Origin: Bacteroidota bacterium
Lineage (GTDB): Bacteria > Bacteroidota > Bacteroidia > AKYH767-A > OLB10
NCBI GenBank assembly: GCA_024643795.1
Contig: JAHEMF010000011.1
Coordinates: 1,302-65,301 of the forward strand
DNA length: 64,000 bases
Direction of reading: 5' to 3'
Shown here: one piece after another, positions 46,711 to 56,113 of the stretch
Position numbering within the stretch: position 1 is the first letter of the stretch
How the letters are laid out: every line of letters begins with the position of its first letter
Position numbers and translations under genes: made by a program
Notes under the pieces: model-generated
Told to the model about the DNA's origin: nothing
What the model saw: only the letters and a program-made list of their open reading frames with translations
The model's database searches: none

Positions 46711-47793
46711 TCATTTTGGTGCTTTCCGTAATAAATACATCGCGATCACGAAATAGATAACATTGGGGATCCATACTGCAACAATGGCTGGCATATTGCC
46801 ATTTGTAGCGAAAGTAGTAGTCACCTGGATAAACATGATGTAGGTGAAACTCAGCAGCAGCCCAAGTCCAATCTGTAAACCGATACCACCTCTTACTTTC
46901 CTGCTTGATAGTGCAACTCCGATGAGTGTGAGTATAAATGTTGCCATAGGAAAGGCAGATCGTTTGTATTTTTCAACCATATCAAACTGGATACCTTCGG
47001 CACCACGGATTTGTTTTTCATTAATAAAAGTGTTGAGTTCATCCATATCCATGGTTTCTACTTTGTTTTCTCTCTGACTGAATTCCTGAGGGGTGAAATT
47101 GAACAAGGTATCAAGTTTATGGCCTGTATATAATAATTCATTCAAGCCATTAATTTCTCTTACAGAATAATTCTCTGCAAGCCAATGGCCATTTAGTGAG
47201 TCAAAAACCAGTCGGTCAGATTTAAGTTTGTAAACCAGATTGCCTTCAATAAAACGTTCGTATGTAAACCGGTATCCAATATCATCTATATTATTATAGC
47301 TTTCAAAATATATGAATTGACCGGGTTCAATTTGTCGATGAATGTTACGGGCTTTATTTATGTAAGGGTTTTTGATATAAGTATTTTCGAATTCCAAACG
47401 CGTTTTGTTTGCATGTGGGATCACCCATCCATTCAAATAATATGAAAGTCCAGCAAGCATAAATGCTACTACCATGTATGGTGCAAGTAACCTGCGGAAG
47501 CTTACACCACTGGCTAGTATGGCAACTATTTCTGTTTGTGTCGCCATTTTAGATGTGAAAAATATCACAGAAATAAAAACGAACAGTGGACTGAACAAGT
47601 TGGCAAAATAAGGTATGAAGTTTAGATAATAATCAAATACAATGGCATTAAAAGGTGCTTTTTTCTCAATAAAGTCATCTATCTTTTCTGAAATATCAAA
47701 AATGATTGCAATGGCAATTATCAATCCTAACGCAAAGAAAAAAGTGGTCAGGAACTTGCTGATGATGTATCTGTCAAGGATATTGAATTTCAC
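46711..47793 (-). CDS. LptF/LptG-family (YjgP/YjgQ) permease
   Basis: ILDRYIISKFLTTFFFALGLIIAIAIIFDISEKIDDF N-terminus. 3 TM, periplasmic domain, then 3 TM. Confidence 0.8.
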   Translation of the reverse strand: MKFNILDRYIISKFLTTFFFALGLIIAIAIIFDISEKIDDFIEKKAPFNAIVFDYYLNFIPYFANLFSPLFVFISVIFFTSKMATQTEIVAILASGVSFRRLLAPYMVVAFMLAGLSYYLNGWVIPHANKTRLEFENTYIKNPYINKARNIHRQIEPGQFIYFESYNNIDDIGYRFTYERFIEGNLVYKLKSDRLVFDSLNGHWLAENYSVREINGLNELLYTGHKLDTLFNFTPQEFSQRENKVETMDMDELNTFINEKQIRGAEGIQFDMVEKYKRSAFPMATFILTLIGVALSSRKVRGGIGLQIGLGLLLSFTYIMFIQVTTTFATNGNMPAIVAVWIPNVIYFVIAMYLLRKAPK

Positions 47794-47798
47794 CGCAC

Positions 47799-48929
47799 TT
47801 AGATTCGATTAGTTATACTTTTCACTTTTTTATTTTTCCATGATAGGAATGTTCCATCAATTATATGACTTCGACATTCCTCCATTAAATTTACATAAAA
47901 TGCTAAATTGTGTAATGTTGCGATCTGAGCACCTAGTCTTTCTCCCGATACTATTAAATGGCGCAGGTATGCTTTTGAATAATCTTTATCAACATAACAA
48001 TCACCATTAGGGTCTATTGGATTGAAATCTGATTTCCACTTTTCATTTTTAATATTGATGATTCCTTCACTTGTGAACAACATACCATTTCTACCATTCC
48101 TTGCCGGCATTACACAGTCGAACATATCTACCCCGTGAGCAATACACTCAAGCAGATTTGCAGGAGTACCAACTCCCATTAGGTAGCGGGGTTTATCAAC
48201 CGGCAGTATGTTACATACTACTTCAGCCATTGAATACATATCTTCATGAGGTTCACCTACACTAAGACCACCGATTGCATTTCCAGATGCTTCGAACGAT
48301 GCAATCACTTCTGCAGACTGTACTCTGAGATCCTTGTAAACACTTCCCTGAACGATTGGAAATAATGCTTGTGTATGATTGTATAGTGGCTGCGTATTGT
48401 TAAAATGATCCATGCTTCGTTTGAGCCACCTATGAGTAAGTTCCATCGAAATTTTGGCTTTGTTATATTCACAAGGGTAGGGGGTACATTCATCAAAAGC
48501 CATAATGATATCAGCCCCAATCACTCTTTGAAGATCGATGGATGTTTCCGGTGAAAGAAATCGGGCTGATCCATCAATATGCGAACGAAAGTGGGCTCCA
48601 TCTTCAGTGATCTTTCTGTTTTCAGCTAAAGAATATACTTGGTAACCTCCACTATCTGTCAAAATGGGTCTGTCCCAATTCATGAATTTATGCAAACCAC
48701 CGGCCTCACTAAGTACTTCGGGACCGGGTCGGAGGTTTAAATGGTATGTGTTTCCAAGGATAATTGATGCTTTAATATCATCCCTGAGTTCACGTTGATG
48801 AACAGCTTTAACAGTCCCTGCAGTGCCTACAGGCATGAAAACCGGGGTTTTTACCGAACCATGATCAGTCTTGAAAACACCTGCCCTGGCTGAAGAGCCC
48901 TGATCAAGGGCTTCTATTTCAAACTTCAT
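47799..48929 (-). CDS. tgt: Queuine tRNA-ribosyltransferase (tRNA-guanine transglycosylase)
   Basis: ARAGVFKTDHGSVKTPVFMPVGT, LTDSGGYQV, GGLSVGE, MGVGTP, FDCVMPARNGRNG. Confidence 0.93.
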   Translation of the reverse strand: MKFEIEALDQGSSARAGVFKTDHGSVKTPVFMPVGTAGTVKAVHQRELRDDIKASIILGNTYHLNLRPGPEVLSEAGGLHKFMNWDRPILTDSGGYQVYSLAENRKITEDGAHFRSHIDGSARFLSPETSIDLQRVIGADIIMAFDECTPYPCEYNKAKISMELTHRWLKRSMDHFNNTQPLYNHTQALFPIVQGSVYKDLRVQSAEVIASFEASGNAIGGLSVGEPHEDMYSMAEVVCNILPVDKPRYLMGVGTPANLLECIAHGVDMFDCVMPARNGRNGMLFTSEGIINIKNEKWKSDFNPIDPNGDCYVDKDYSKAYLRHLIVSGERLGAQIATLHNLAFYVNLMEECRSHIIDGTFLSWKNKKVKSITNRI

Positions 48930-49030
48930 AAAAGCTTTTTAACTAACAGACTGTTAATATCTTGCCAAAGATAGAAAGTTTGCATTCCTCTGGGAATCCT
49001 AGTTTTGTCCCAACCACCACCCCAAATTGG

Positions 49031-50161
49031 ATGTTCCATATTTTCACTGACAACACTACCATCAATATTTTCCTCATTATAGGAGTTGCAACTTTGATGG
49101 TACAGTTGCTTTACTTACTGTTTTTGTTTCTGAAGTTGCCCATGCATAAGAATACAGGCAATGAAAGTTCTCAACCACCTGTTTCAGTTATTATATGTGC
49201 TAAAAATGAGTTGAAAAATCTCGAACTTAACTTGCCTGCGGTGCTTGATCAGAATTACCCTGAATTTCAGGTTGTAGTTGTTGATGATGGTTCCTGGGAT
49301 GGCACTGATGAATACCTTGAGCAAATCGCATTAAAATACAAGCAACTGAAAATTGTAACACTAAAAGAACAAGAAAAATACCGTCATGGAAAGAAGTTCG
49401 CATTGTCGTTGGGCATCAAAGCTTCGGTACATGAGGTTCTGATTTTTACTGATGCGGATTGCAGGCCTCTATCTGATAAATGGATCACAGAGATAGTTAA
49501 AGGATATTCTCCCGGCAAGGAAATAGTTTTGGGATACGGATCCTATCAAAAAACACCTGGATTTGTAAATAAGCTGATACGATATGATACATTTTTTACT
49601 GCGATACAGTACCTCTCATATGCGTTAGCCGGAAATCCATATATGGGGGTAGGACGAAATCTATCCTATAAAAGGCAGTTGTTTTTCAACAATAAAGGAT
49701 TTGCAAGCCATAGCCATATAATGTCAGGAGATGATGATCTGTTTGTGAATGAAACTAGTACAGGCTCAAATACAGCGGTGGTATTAGCCCCGGATTCTTT
49801 CACCGTATCAATACCTAAAAATAGCCTGGGAAGCTGGTTAAAGCAAAAGAAAAGGCATTTGACCACAGGATTCCATTATAAGGGTGGCCACAAGCTTTTG
49901 CTGTCAAGCTACCAGATCACGCAATTTTTGTTTTACGGAGCGTTAACAGTGTTGTTGATAATGAATTATGACTTTAGGTTGCCACTTGCATTTTATTTAA
50001 TAAGATTGTGTTGCCAAATGGCTGTTTTTGGGTTGGGCATGAAAAAGCTGGAGGAAAAGGGACTCCTTTTATTAACACCTCTGTTTGACATAGTTTTCAT
50101 GTTCATTTACCCATCGCTTGCAATTGCAAATATTGTCCGTAAAGAAAAAACCTGGAAATAA
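49031..50161 (+). CDS. Membrane-bound family-2 glycosyltransferase
   Basis: Track TTG start 48962 trimmed to ATG 49031. VSVIICAKNE, VVVDDGSWDGT, FTDADC (DxD). N- and C-terminal TM helices. Confidence 0.8.
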   Translation: MFHIFTDNTTINIFLIIGVATLMVQLLYLLFLFLKLPMHKNTGNESSQPPVSVIICAKNELKNLELNLPAVLDQNYPEFQVVVVDDGSWDGTDEYLEQIALKYKQLKIVTLKEQEKYRHGKKFALSLGIKASVHEVLIFTDADCRPLSDKWITEIVKGYSPGKEIVLGYGSYQKTPGFVNKLIRYDTFFTAIQYLSYALAGNPYMGVGRNLSYKRQLFFNNKGFASHSHIMSGDDDLFVNETSTGSNTAVVLAPDSFTVSIPKNSLGSWLKQKKRHLTTGFHYKGGHKLLLSSYQITQFLFYGALTVLLIMNYDFRLPLAFYLIRLCCQMAVFGLGMKKLEEKGLLLLTPLFDIVFMFIYPSLAIANIVRKEKTWK

Positions 50162-50805
50162 TGACCCCACCGTCTGAAAAGGAAGCACAGTTGACTGAGA
50201 AAATGAACCCTAATCTGAGTGATAAGGCAATTAAAGATTATCAGTTGGTAAGAAAAGCGCTTGATGAAGCAGATCAGAAGGCTTACGCCGAACTGATGTC
50301 AAGGTATAAGGATTCAATCTACTTTATGCTATTGAAGATGGTGAATAACCGCGATGACGCTGATGATCTAACCATTGAAGCTTTTGGAAAGGCTTTTAAG
50401 AATATACATCAATATACTCCTGATTACGCCTTCAGTACCTGGCTGTTCAAGATAGCTACCAATAACTGTATCGATTTTATTCGTAAAAAGAAAAAGCAAA
50501 CCTTGTCAATTGACAGAGGGTTTGAAACCGATGATGGTGGTGAGATGACTATTGAGATCCGTTCAAACCAGCCTGATCCTGAGGAGCATATGATGAAAAA
50601 GCAAAAGGTTGTCATGATGCGCGATGTCGTTGAAAAACTTAAACCAAGGTATAGGTTGCTGGTTGAGTTGCGCTACTTTAAAGAAAGGTCTTATGAAGAG
50701 ATCGCAGAGGAGTTGGATCTGCCACTGGGTACAGTCAAAGCCCAGTTATTTAGAGCTAGAGAATTTCTGTATCAGATTATGAAAAACTCAGAGCATAAAC
50801 TCTGA
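50161..50805 (+). CDS. Sigma-70 family (ECF-like) RNA polymerase sigma factor
   Basis: Region 2 FSTWLFKIATNNCIDFIRKKK. Region 4 SYEEIAEELDLPLGTVKAQLFRAREFL. ATG overlaps the GT2 stop by 1 nt. Confidence 0.85.
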   Translation: MTPPSEKEAQLTEKMNPNLSDKAIKDYQLVRKALDEADQKAYAELMSRYKDSIYFMLLKMVNNRDDADDLTIEAFGKAFKNIHQYTPDYAFSTWLFKIATNNCIDFIRKKKKQTLSIDRGFETDDGGEMTIEIRSNQPDPEEHMMKKQKVVMMRDVVEKLKPRYRLLVELRYFKERSYEEIAEELDLPLGTVKAQLFRAREFLYQIMKNSEHKL

Positions 50806-50806
50806 T

Positions 50807-51445
50807 ATGATACCACAAGGCCCTGAGATATTGTTCAGGTATTTTCCAGAATTCACCGAATCTCAAAGATCACAATTTATAAAGTTAGCAGAGCTTTATA
50901 AGGATGTTAATTCACGTTTGAATCTTATTTCACGCTCCGATATTGAAAATATTTATGAGCGACACATACTACACTCCCTTGCAGTTGCTAAGTTTATTAA
51001 GTTCAAAGAAGGTTCAAGTATACTTGACCTTGGAACAGGAGGAGGTCTTCCGGGTATACCACTTGCCATAACATTTCCGGATGTTCAATTCAAATTGGTT
51101 GATTCCATTCTTAAAAAAACCGAAGCAGTGAAGTTCATAGTTCAGAATCTGGGACTGGAAAATGTAATGGTTGAATGTATCAGAGCTGAAAAGTTAACTG
51201 ATAAATTCGACTTTGTTGTTTCCAGAGCAACGGCACCCATGGAACAATTAGTAAAATGGTCTTCTGGCATTTTGGAGCGATATAAACACAAAAACTCTCA
51301 ACCCAACGGCATCATAGCACTGAAGGGAGGTGACTTAAGAGATGAATTAGCGAAGTATTCAAAAAGGGTCAATGTTATACCAATAACTGACTATTTTGAT
51401 GAAGAGTTTTTTAAGACAAAAAAAATTGTTTATTTAAGCAGTTGA
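50807..51445 (+). CDS. rsmG: 16S rRNA (guanine527-N7)-methyltransferase RsmG
   Basis: HILHSL..., SAM motif ILDLGTGGGLPGIPLAI, 212 aa. Confidence 0.88.
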   Translation: MIPQGPEILFRYFPEFTESQRSQFIKLAELYKDVNSRLNLISRSDIENIYERHILHSLAVAKFIKFKEGSSILDLGTGGGLPGIPLAITFPDVQFKLVDSILKKTEAVKFIVQNLGLENVMVECIRAEKLTDKFDFVVSRATAPMEQLVKWSSGILERYKHKNSQPNGIIALKGGDLRDELAKYSKRVNVIPITDYFDEEFFKTKKIVYLSS

Positions 51446-51503
51446 TAATCAAATAATTATAAATAATTTCATACCAGGTTTATGTATAGCATAGATTATT
51501 TTT

Positions 51504-51517
51504 TATCTTTGCACTCC
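51504..51517 (+). promoter_or_regulatory. Candidate rpmH promoter (-7 TATCTTTG plus shared GCACTCC box)
   Basis: TATCTTTG (51504-51511) is an exact TAnnTTTG match. ATCTTTGCACTCC is identical to the rpmB upstream box. Confidence 0.5.
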
Positions 51518-51552
51518 TTTAAAAATCAAGGTTTTCTAAAGAACCAACAGTC

Positions 51553-51714
51553 ATGAAAAGAACATTTCAACCATCAGTTAGAAAGAGAAGAAACAAGCAT
51601 GGTTTCAGAAGCAGAATGGCCACTGCAAATGGCAGAAGAGTACTTGCTGCCAGAAGAGCTAAGGGTCGTCACAAGTTGACAGTATCTGACGAAAGTTCTA
51701 TAAGTTCTAAATAA
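51553..51714 (+). CDS. rpmH: 50S ribosomal protein L34
   Basis: Not in the track (53 aa). My translation: [53 protein letters not shown]. Confidence 0.93.
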   Translation: MKRTFQPSVRKRRNKHGFRSRMATANGRRVLAARRAKGRHKLTVSDESSISSK

Positions 51715-51736
51715 GAAAACATACCCAACGATAATC

Positions 51737-51761
51737 ATCCCGCAAATAGCGGGATTTTTTT
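51737..51761. terminator. Rho-independent terminator after rpmH (shared with the convergent methyltransferase gene)
   Basis: ATCCCGC (51737-51743) / GCGGGAT (51749-51755) stem, 5-nt loop, T7 run. Confidence 0.8.
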
Positions 51762-52680
51762 ATGATCGTTTTTGGAGGATGATAAACGGGTTCCTGAAAA
51801 ACATTTTTGCGGCCTGCGTTGTTGGGTGAAACTCTTTAAAATTTCTGCTCAAATAAAACAGCATTACTTCAATAGGATCAATTGAGCACGCTGCATCTTC
51901 ATCACATCCTAAAAATAATTCATAATTAGGTTTCAATTTTTTAAATGAAAGAGTAGAGGGTTTATGGATGGGGTTTAACAAAAGCCTGAAACCTCTTTTT
52001 ATTACAATTGGTGGAAATCTTACAATTCTTAATTCTGTAATGTAAGCTGCAATTCCAATGAGTTTCTCTTTTGCACTCATGCCTGAGAAATTCTTTAACC
52101 CCACCACTCCGTATCGCTGCCACCATCTGCAATTCCAAGCATCCGCGTGGATTATTACTCCACCTGGTTTAAGAACCCTTATGATCTCTTCAAGTACTTT
52201 GTCTGGCTTATGTGTGTGTTCTAAAAATGTATGAGTAAAAATTGCATCAATTGAATTGTCTTCAAAAGGTAAGCGGGTTGCATCGGCCACTATGCCTGGC
52301 CTGTTATATTTGTTAACATATTTATGAATTGAGGAATAAGATATGTCTATTGGGTAGTAATTCAGAAATTCGCGGTAGATGTACCCACTTCTTTCCTGAT
52401 GAACCCCTCCGCCAATTTCAATGATTATTTGATCCGGGTTAAGATACCCTTTCAAAAACTTCACAACAGAGTTAATGTTTTGCAGACTTTGAATTCGTTG
52501 ACCAGAATCTTTCCTTTTGATTTTATCAAGAAGAGTTGATTCACCAGATATTTTATTCTCCTCAAAAAGTTGATTATAGAAAACGGATTCTTCTGAATTC
52601 TCAGAGAAATCATAGATCGAATCATGAGATGAAGGAATTCTTTTTTCAGAGAACTCTGGTTTAATGATCTTTTCTATCAT
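51760..52680 (-). CDS. Class I SAM-dependent methyltransferase
   Basis: IIEIGGGVH (motif I), PFEDNSIDAIF, LKPGGVIIH. Confidence 0.75.
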   Translation of the reverse strand: MIEKIIKPEFSEKRIPSSHDSIYDFSENSEESVFYNQLFEENKISGESTLLDKIKRKDSGQRIQSLQNINSVVKFLKGYLNPDQIIIEIGGGVHQERSGYIYREFLNYYPIDISYSSIHKYVNKYNRPGIVADATRLPFEDNSIDAIFTHTFLEHTHKPDKVLEEIIRVLKPGGVIIHADAWNCRWWQRYGVVGLKNFSGMSAKEKLIGIAAYITELRIVRFPPIVIKRGFRLLLNPIHKPSTLSFKKLKPNYELFLGCDEDAACSIDPIEVMLFYLSRNFKEFHPTTQAAKMFFRNPFIILQKRS

Positions 52681-52943
52681 TGATCTGTGGCTGGGCTAAA
52701 CATTGAACTCCAAAATTATCAGTAAGTTATCATGGATCTTCTCAAAGTATTACCATGATTCCATATAAGAATCAAAAGATTGATATTCAGTTGAATATAA
52801 TATTAACATGTTGTTAATAAATAAAGAACGGGGGGACTGCATATTAGCTTCATTTCTGAGTGTGTTTATCAGGGGTTTGCCCTTTATTGATTACTTTCGC
52901 GTCCGGAAATTCTATCGTGAACAATTAAATTTTCAGACCTCAA

Positions 52944-55793
52944 ATGCCCAAGGATAAATCAATTAATTCAGTCTTAATAATAGGTAGCGGGCCCATCATC
53001 ATTGGTCAGGCTTGTGAATTTGATTACAGTGGTTCACAAGCTGCCAGATCGCTGAAAGAAGAAGGAATCGAAGTTTCATTGATCAACTCCAATCCTGCTA
53101 CAATTATGACCGATCCGGTCATGGCTGATCATATATACCTGTTGCCACTTAACACAGATTCCTTAATTAAGATACTGGAAGAGCGCAAGATCGATGCAGT
53201 TTTGCCTACAATGGGCGGTCAAACCGCTTTGAATTTGTGCAAAGAGGCTGATGAGATGGGTATTTGGGTGAAATATGGGGTTAAGATAATAGGTGTTAAT
53301 ATTGATGCCATTGAAACCACTGAAAACAGGGAGTCGTTCCGACAATTGATGGTTGATATTGGAATTGGCGTAGCTCCATCCAAGATCGCTAATTCATTTC
53401 TGGAAGGCAAAGAAATTGCTCAGGACCTGGGATACCCACTTGTTATCAGACCTTCTTATACTTTAGGTGGTACAGGGGCTGCATTTGTATACAAAAAGGA
53501 AGAGTTTGAGGAGAAATTAATGAGAGGACTTCAGGCATCTCCAATTCATGAAGTGCTGATCGAAAAGGCGGTATTTGGCTGGAAAGAATTTGAGCTTGAG
53601 TTGCTGAGAGACAATAAAGACAATGTGATCATCATTTGTTCAATCGAGAATTTTGATCCTATGGGAATCCACACCGGCGATTCCATTACAGTAGCTCCAG
53701 CTCAGACATTGAGTGACAGAACCTATCAACTCATGCGTGACATGGCTATTAAAATGATGAGAGCCATCGGAAAGTTCGCAGGAGGGTGTAATGTTCAGTT
53801 CGCGGTTAACCCAGATAATGAAGAGATAATTGCCATTGAGATCAATCCAAGAGTTTCTCGTTCATCTGCTTTGGCTAGTAAGGCCACCGGATACCCTATA
53901 GCCAAGATCGCGGCTAAAATGGCCATTGGATACAATCTTGATGAACTTAAAAATCAGATCACAGGATCTACCAGTGCATTTTTTGAACCTACCATTGATT
54001 ATGTGATTGTAAAGATCCCAAGATGGAATTTTGACAAGTTTCAGGGTGCAGATAAACTTCTGGGACTACAAATGAAATCGGTAGGTGAGGCCATGGGTAT
54101 TGGAAGAAGCTTTATTGAAGCTCTCCAAAAGGCATGTCAGTCGCTTGAAATTAACAGAATGGGCCTTGGGGCCGATGGAAAAGGATGGACTCGGGTCGAT
54201 GATATTGTTGAAAGCCTTGAACGTCCATCATGGGACAGGCTTTTTCATGTCAAAGAAGCTCTTAAACTTGGAGTGCCGATTCAATCAGTTTTTAACCTTA
54301 CAAAAATTGACAAGTGGTTCCTGAATGAGATCCAGCAACTTGTTTATATGGAACAGGAACTCAAAAGATATCAATTAGATAATCTTCCTGAAGACTTTTT
54401 TCTGGAGTTAAAACAAAAAGGATATGCTGATGCGCAAATTGCGCATGTGCTTGGTAATGTTACTGAAGAGGAAGTGTATGCCAGGAGGAAAGAACTTGGT
54501 ATAAACAGGGTGTTTAAAATGGTTGATACTTGTGCAGCAGAATTCCCTGCTCAAACGCCTTATTTCTATTCTTCATTTGAGAATAAATTCAGCTCAAACG
54601 GTAATGTTGCCGTAGCAGAAAATGAATCGATTGTTTCTGCCAACAAAAAAGTTCTTGTATTAGGATCCGGGCCAAACAGAATTGGGCAAGGTATTGAATT
54701 CGATTATGCTTGTGTTCACGGAGTGTTGGCTGCAAAAGAGGCTGGTTATGAAGCAATAATGGTAAACTGTAATCCTGAAACTGTCTCAACTGATTTTGAC
54801 ATTGCAGATAAATTATATTTTGAACCAATATTCTGGGAACACATTGTTGAGCTGATTGAATATGAAAATCCCGAAGGTGTCATTGTTCAATTAGGAGGTC
54901 AGACCGCATTAAAACTTTCTGAACGTTTGCATGAAAGAGGTATCAAGATAATAGGTACTTCGTTTCAGAGTATGGATCTTGCCGAGGATAGGGGCAGGTT
55001 CTCAGATCTGTTAAAAGAACTTGATATACCTTATCCGTTATATGGAGTTGCCGAGTCAGCAGAAGAAGCTTTGGAAGTTGCCCATGAGGTTGGATATCCG
55101 GTACTTGTAAGACCTTCATATGTTTTAGGTGGTCAGGGAATGTCCATAGTAATAAATGACGAGGAGCTCGAGAAAGCTGTTATTAAATTGCTCAAGAATC
55201 TTCCGGGCAACAGAGTGCTGATCGATCACTTTTTAGACAGGGCAGAAGAAGCTGAAGCTGATATAATTCATGATGGTAAGGATGTTTGTGTGATCGGGTT
55301 GATGGAGCATATTGAGCCCGCAGGTATTCATTCAGGAGATTCATTTGCTGTACTGCCACCGTTTAACCTTTCCCAAAACGTAATGGGCCAAATGACCGAA
55401 TATTCGGAGAAGATCGCACGTGCCTTACAAGTTCGTGGATTACTGAACATACAATTTGCTATCAAAGATGAAAAGGTTTACGTGATTGAAGCAAACCCCA
55501 GAGCTTCAAGAACAGTTCCTTTTATTGCGAAAGCCAGAAAAGTGCCTTACATCAATATTGCGACTAAAATAATGTTAGGCACACATAAACTAAGTGATTT
55601 TTCAATTCAACCGGTAGATTTTGGTTATGCTATAAAAGAACCGGTGTTCTCCTTTGACAAGTTTCCAAATGTGAATAAAGAATTAGGACCTGAAATGAAA
55701 TCTACAGGCGAGGCTATACGATTTATAGATTCATTGGAAGATCCATATTTCCGACATTTATATAAAGAAAAATCGATGTACTTGAGTAAATAA
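52944..55793 (+). CDS. carB: Carbamoyl-phosphate synthase large subunit (short form, 949 aa)
   Basis: Two ATP-grasp halves ([21 protein letters not shown]; [23 protein letters not shown]), [41 protein letters not shown] / MKSTGEA. Confidence 0.93.
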   Translation: MPKDKSINSVLIIGSGPIIIGQACEFDYSGSQAARSLKEEGIEVSLINSNPATIMTDPVMADHIYLLPLNTDSLIKILEERKIDAVLPTMGGQTALNLCKEADEMGIWVKYGVKIIGVNIDAIETTENRESFRQLMVDIGIGVAPSKIANSFLEGKEIAQDLGYPLVIRPSYTLGGTGAAFVYKKEEFEEKLMRGLQASPIHEVLIEKAVFGWKEFELELLRDNKDNVIIICSIENFDPMGIHTGDSITVAPAQTLSDRTYQLMRDMAIKMMRAIGKFAGGCNVQFAVNPDNEEIIAIEINPRVSRSSALASKATGYPIAKIAAKMAIGYNLDELKNQITGSTSAFFEPTIDYVIVKIPRWNFDKFQGADKLLGLQMKSVGEAMGIGRSFIEALQKACQSLEINRMGLGADGKGWTRVDDIVESLERPSWDRLFHVKEALKLGVPIQSVFNLTKIDKWFLNEIQQLVYMEQELKRYQLDNLPEDFFLELKQKGYADAQIAHVLGNVTEEEVYARRKELGINRVFKMVDTCAAEFPAQTPYFYSSFENKFSSNGNVAVAENESIVSANKKVLVLGSGPNRIGQGIEFDYACVHGVLAAKEAGYEAIMVNCNPETVSTDFDIADKLYFEPIFWEHIVELIEYENPEGVIVQLGGQTALKLSERLHERGIKIIGTSFQSMDLAEDRGRFSDLLKELDIPYPLYGVAESAEEALEVAHEVGYPVLVRPSYVLGGQGMSIVINDEELEKAVIKLLKNLPGNRVLIDHFLDRAEEAEADIIHDGKDVCVIGLMEHIEPAGIHSGDSFAVLPPFNLSQNVMGQMTEYSEKIARALQVRGLLNIQFAIKDEKVYVIEANPRASRTVPFIAKARKVPYINIATKIMLGTHKLSDFSIQPVDFGYAIKEPVFSFDKFPNVNKELGPEMKSTGEAIRFIDSLEDPYFRHLYKEKSMYLSK

Positions 55794-55798
55794 ATATC

Positions 55799-56023
55799 AT
55801 GTTGAAGTTTCTTTTTATCTTATTATGCATTTACTTTTTTTTCAAAATAGTATTCCGTTCTTTCAGTGTGAATATCCAAAATCAGTTCTATAACCGACAA
55901 AACCACACAAAGCACTCTGCAAATGATAAGTCAAGGAACGAAGGTGAAGTAACCATTGAAAGAGCTGCTCAACGGGATTCAACTAGTGATTCGGAATACA
56001 CTGATTATGAAGAGTTAAAATAA
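55799..56023 (+). CDS. DUF4834-like small membrane protein
   Basis: N-terminal TM (FLFILLCIYFFFKIVF) and acidic C-terminal SEYTDYEELK tail, as I remember for DUF4834. Confidence 0.55.
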   Translation: MLKFLFILLCIYFFFKIVFRSFSVNIQNQFYNRQNHTKHSANDKSRNEGEVTIERAAQRDSTSDSEYTDYEELK

Positions 56024-56113
56024 AATTGACTTTGTTTGCGGGTATTCGAGGAAAATACCTTCGGATTCACTATTTTTCCTTCTCATTTTATTCATAATAA
56101 ACTGGTTAATATA

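Noticed and set aside
52681-52943. carB upstream region examined for a riboswitch or pyrimidine attenuator
   Set aside because: Only a short palindrome (TTAACA-TGT-TGTTAA, 52803-52817) is present. There is no terminator/antiterminator pair and no conserved riboswitch core that I recognise.
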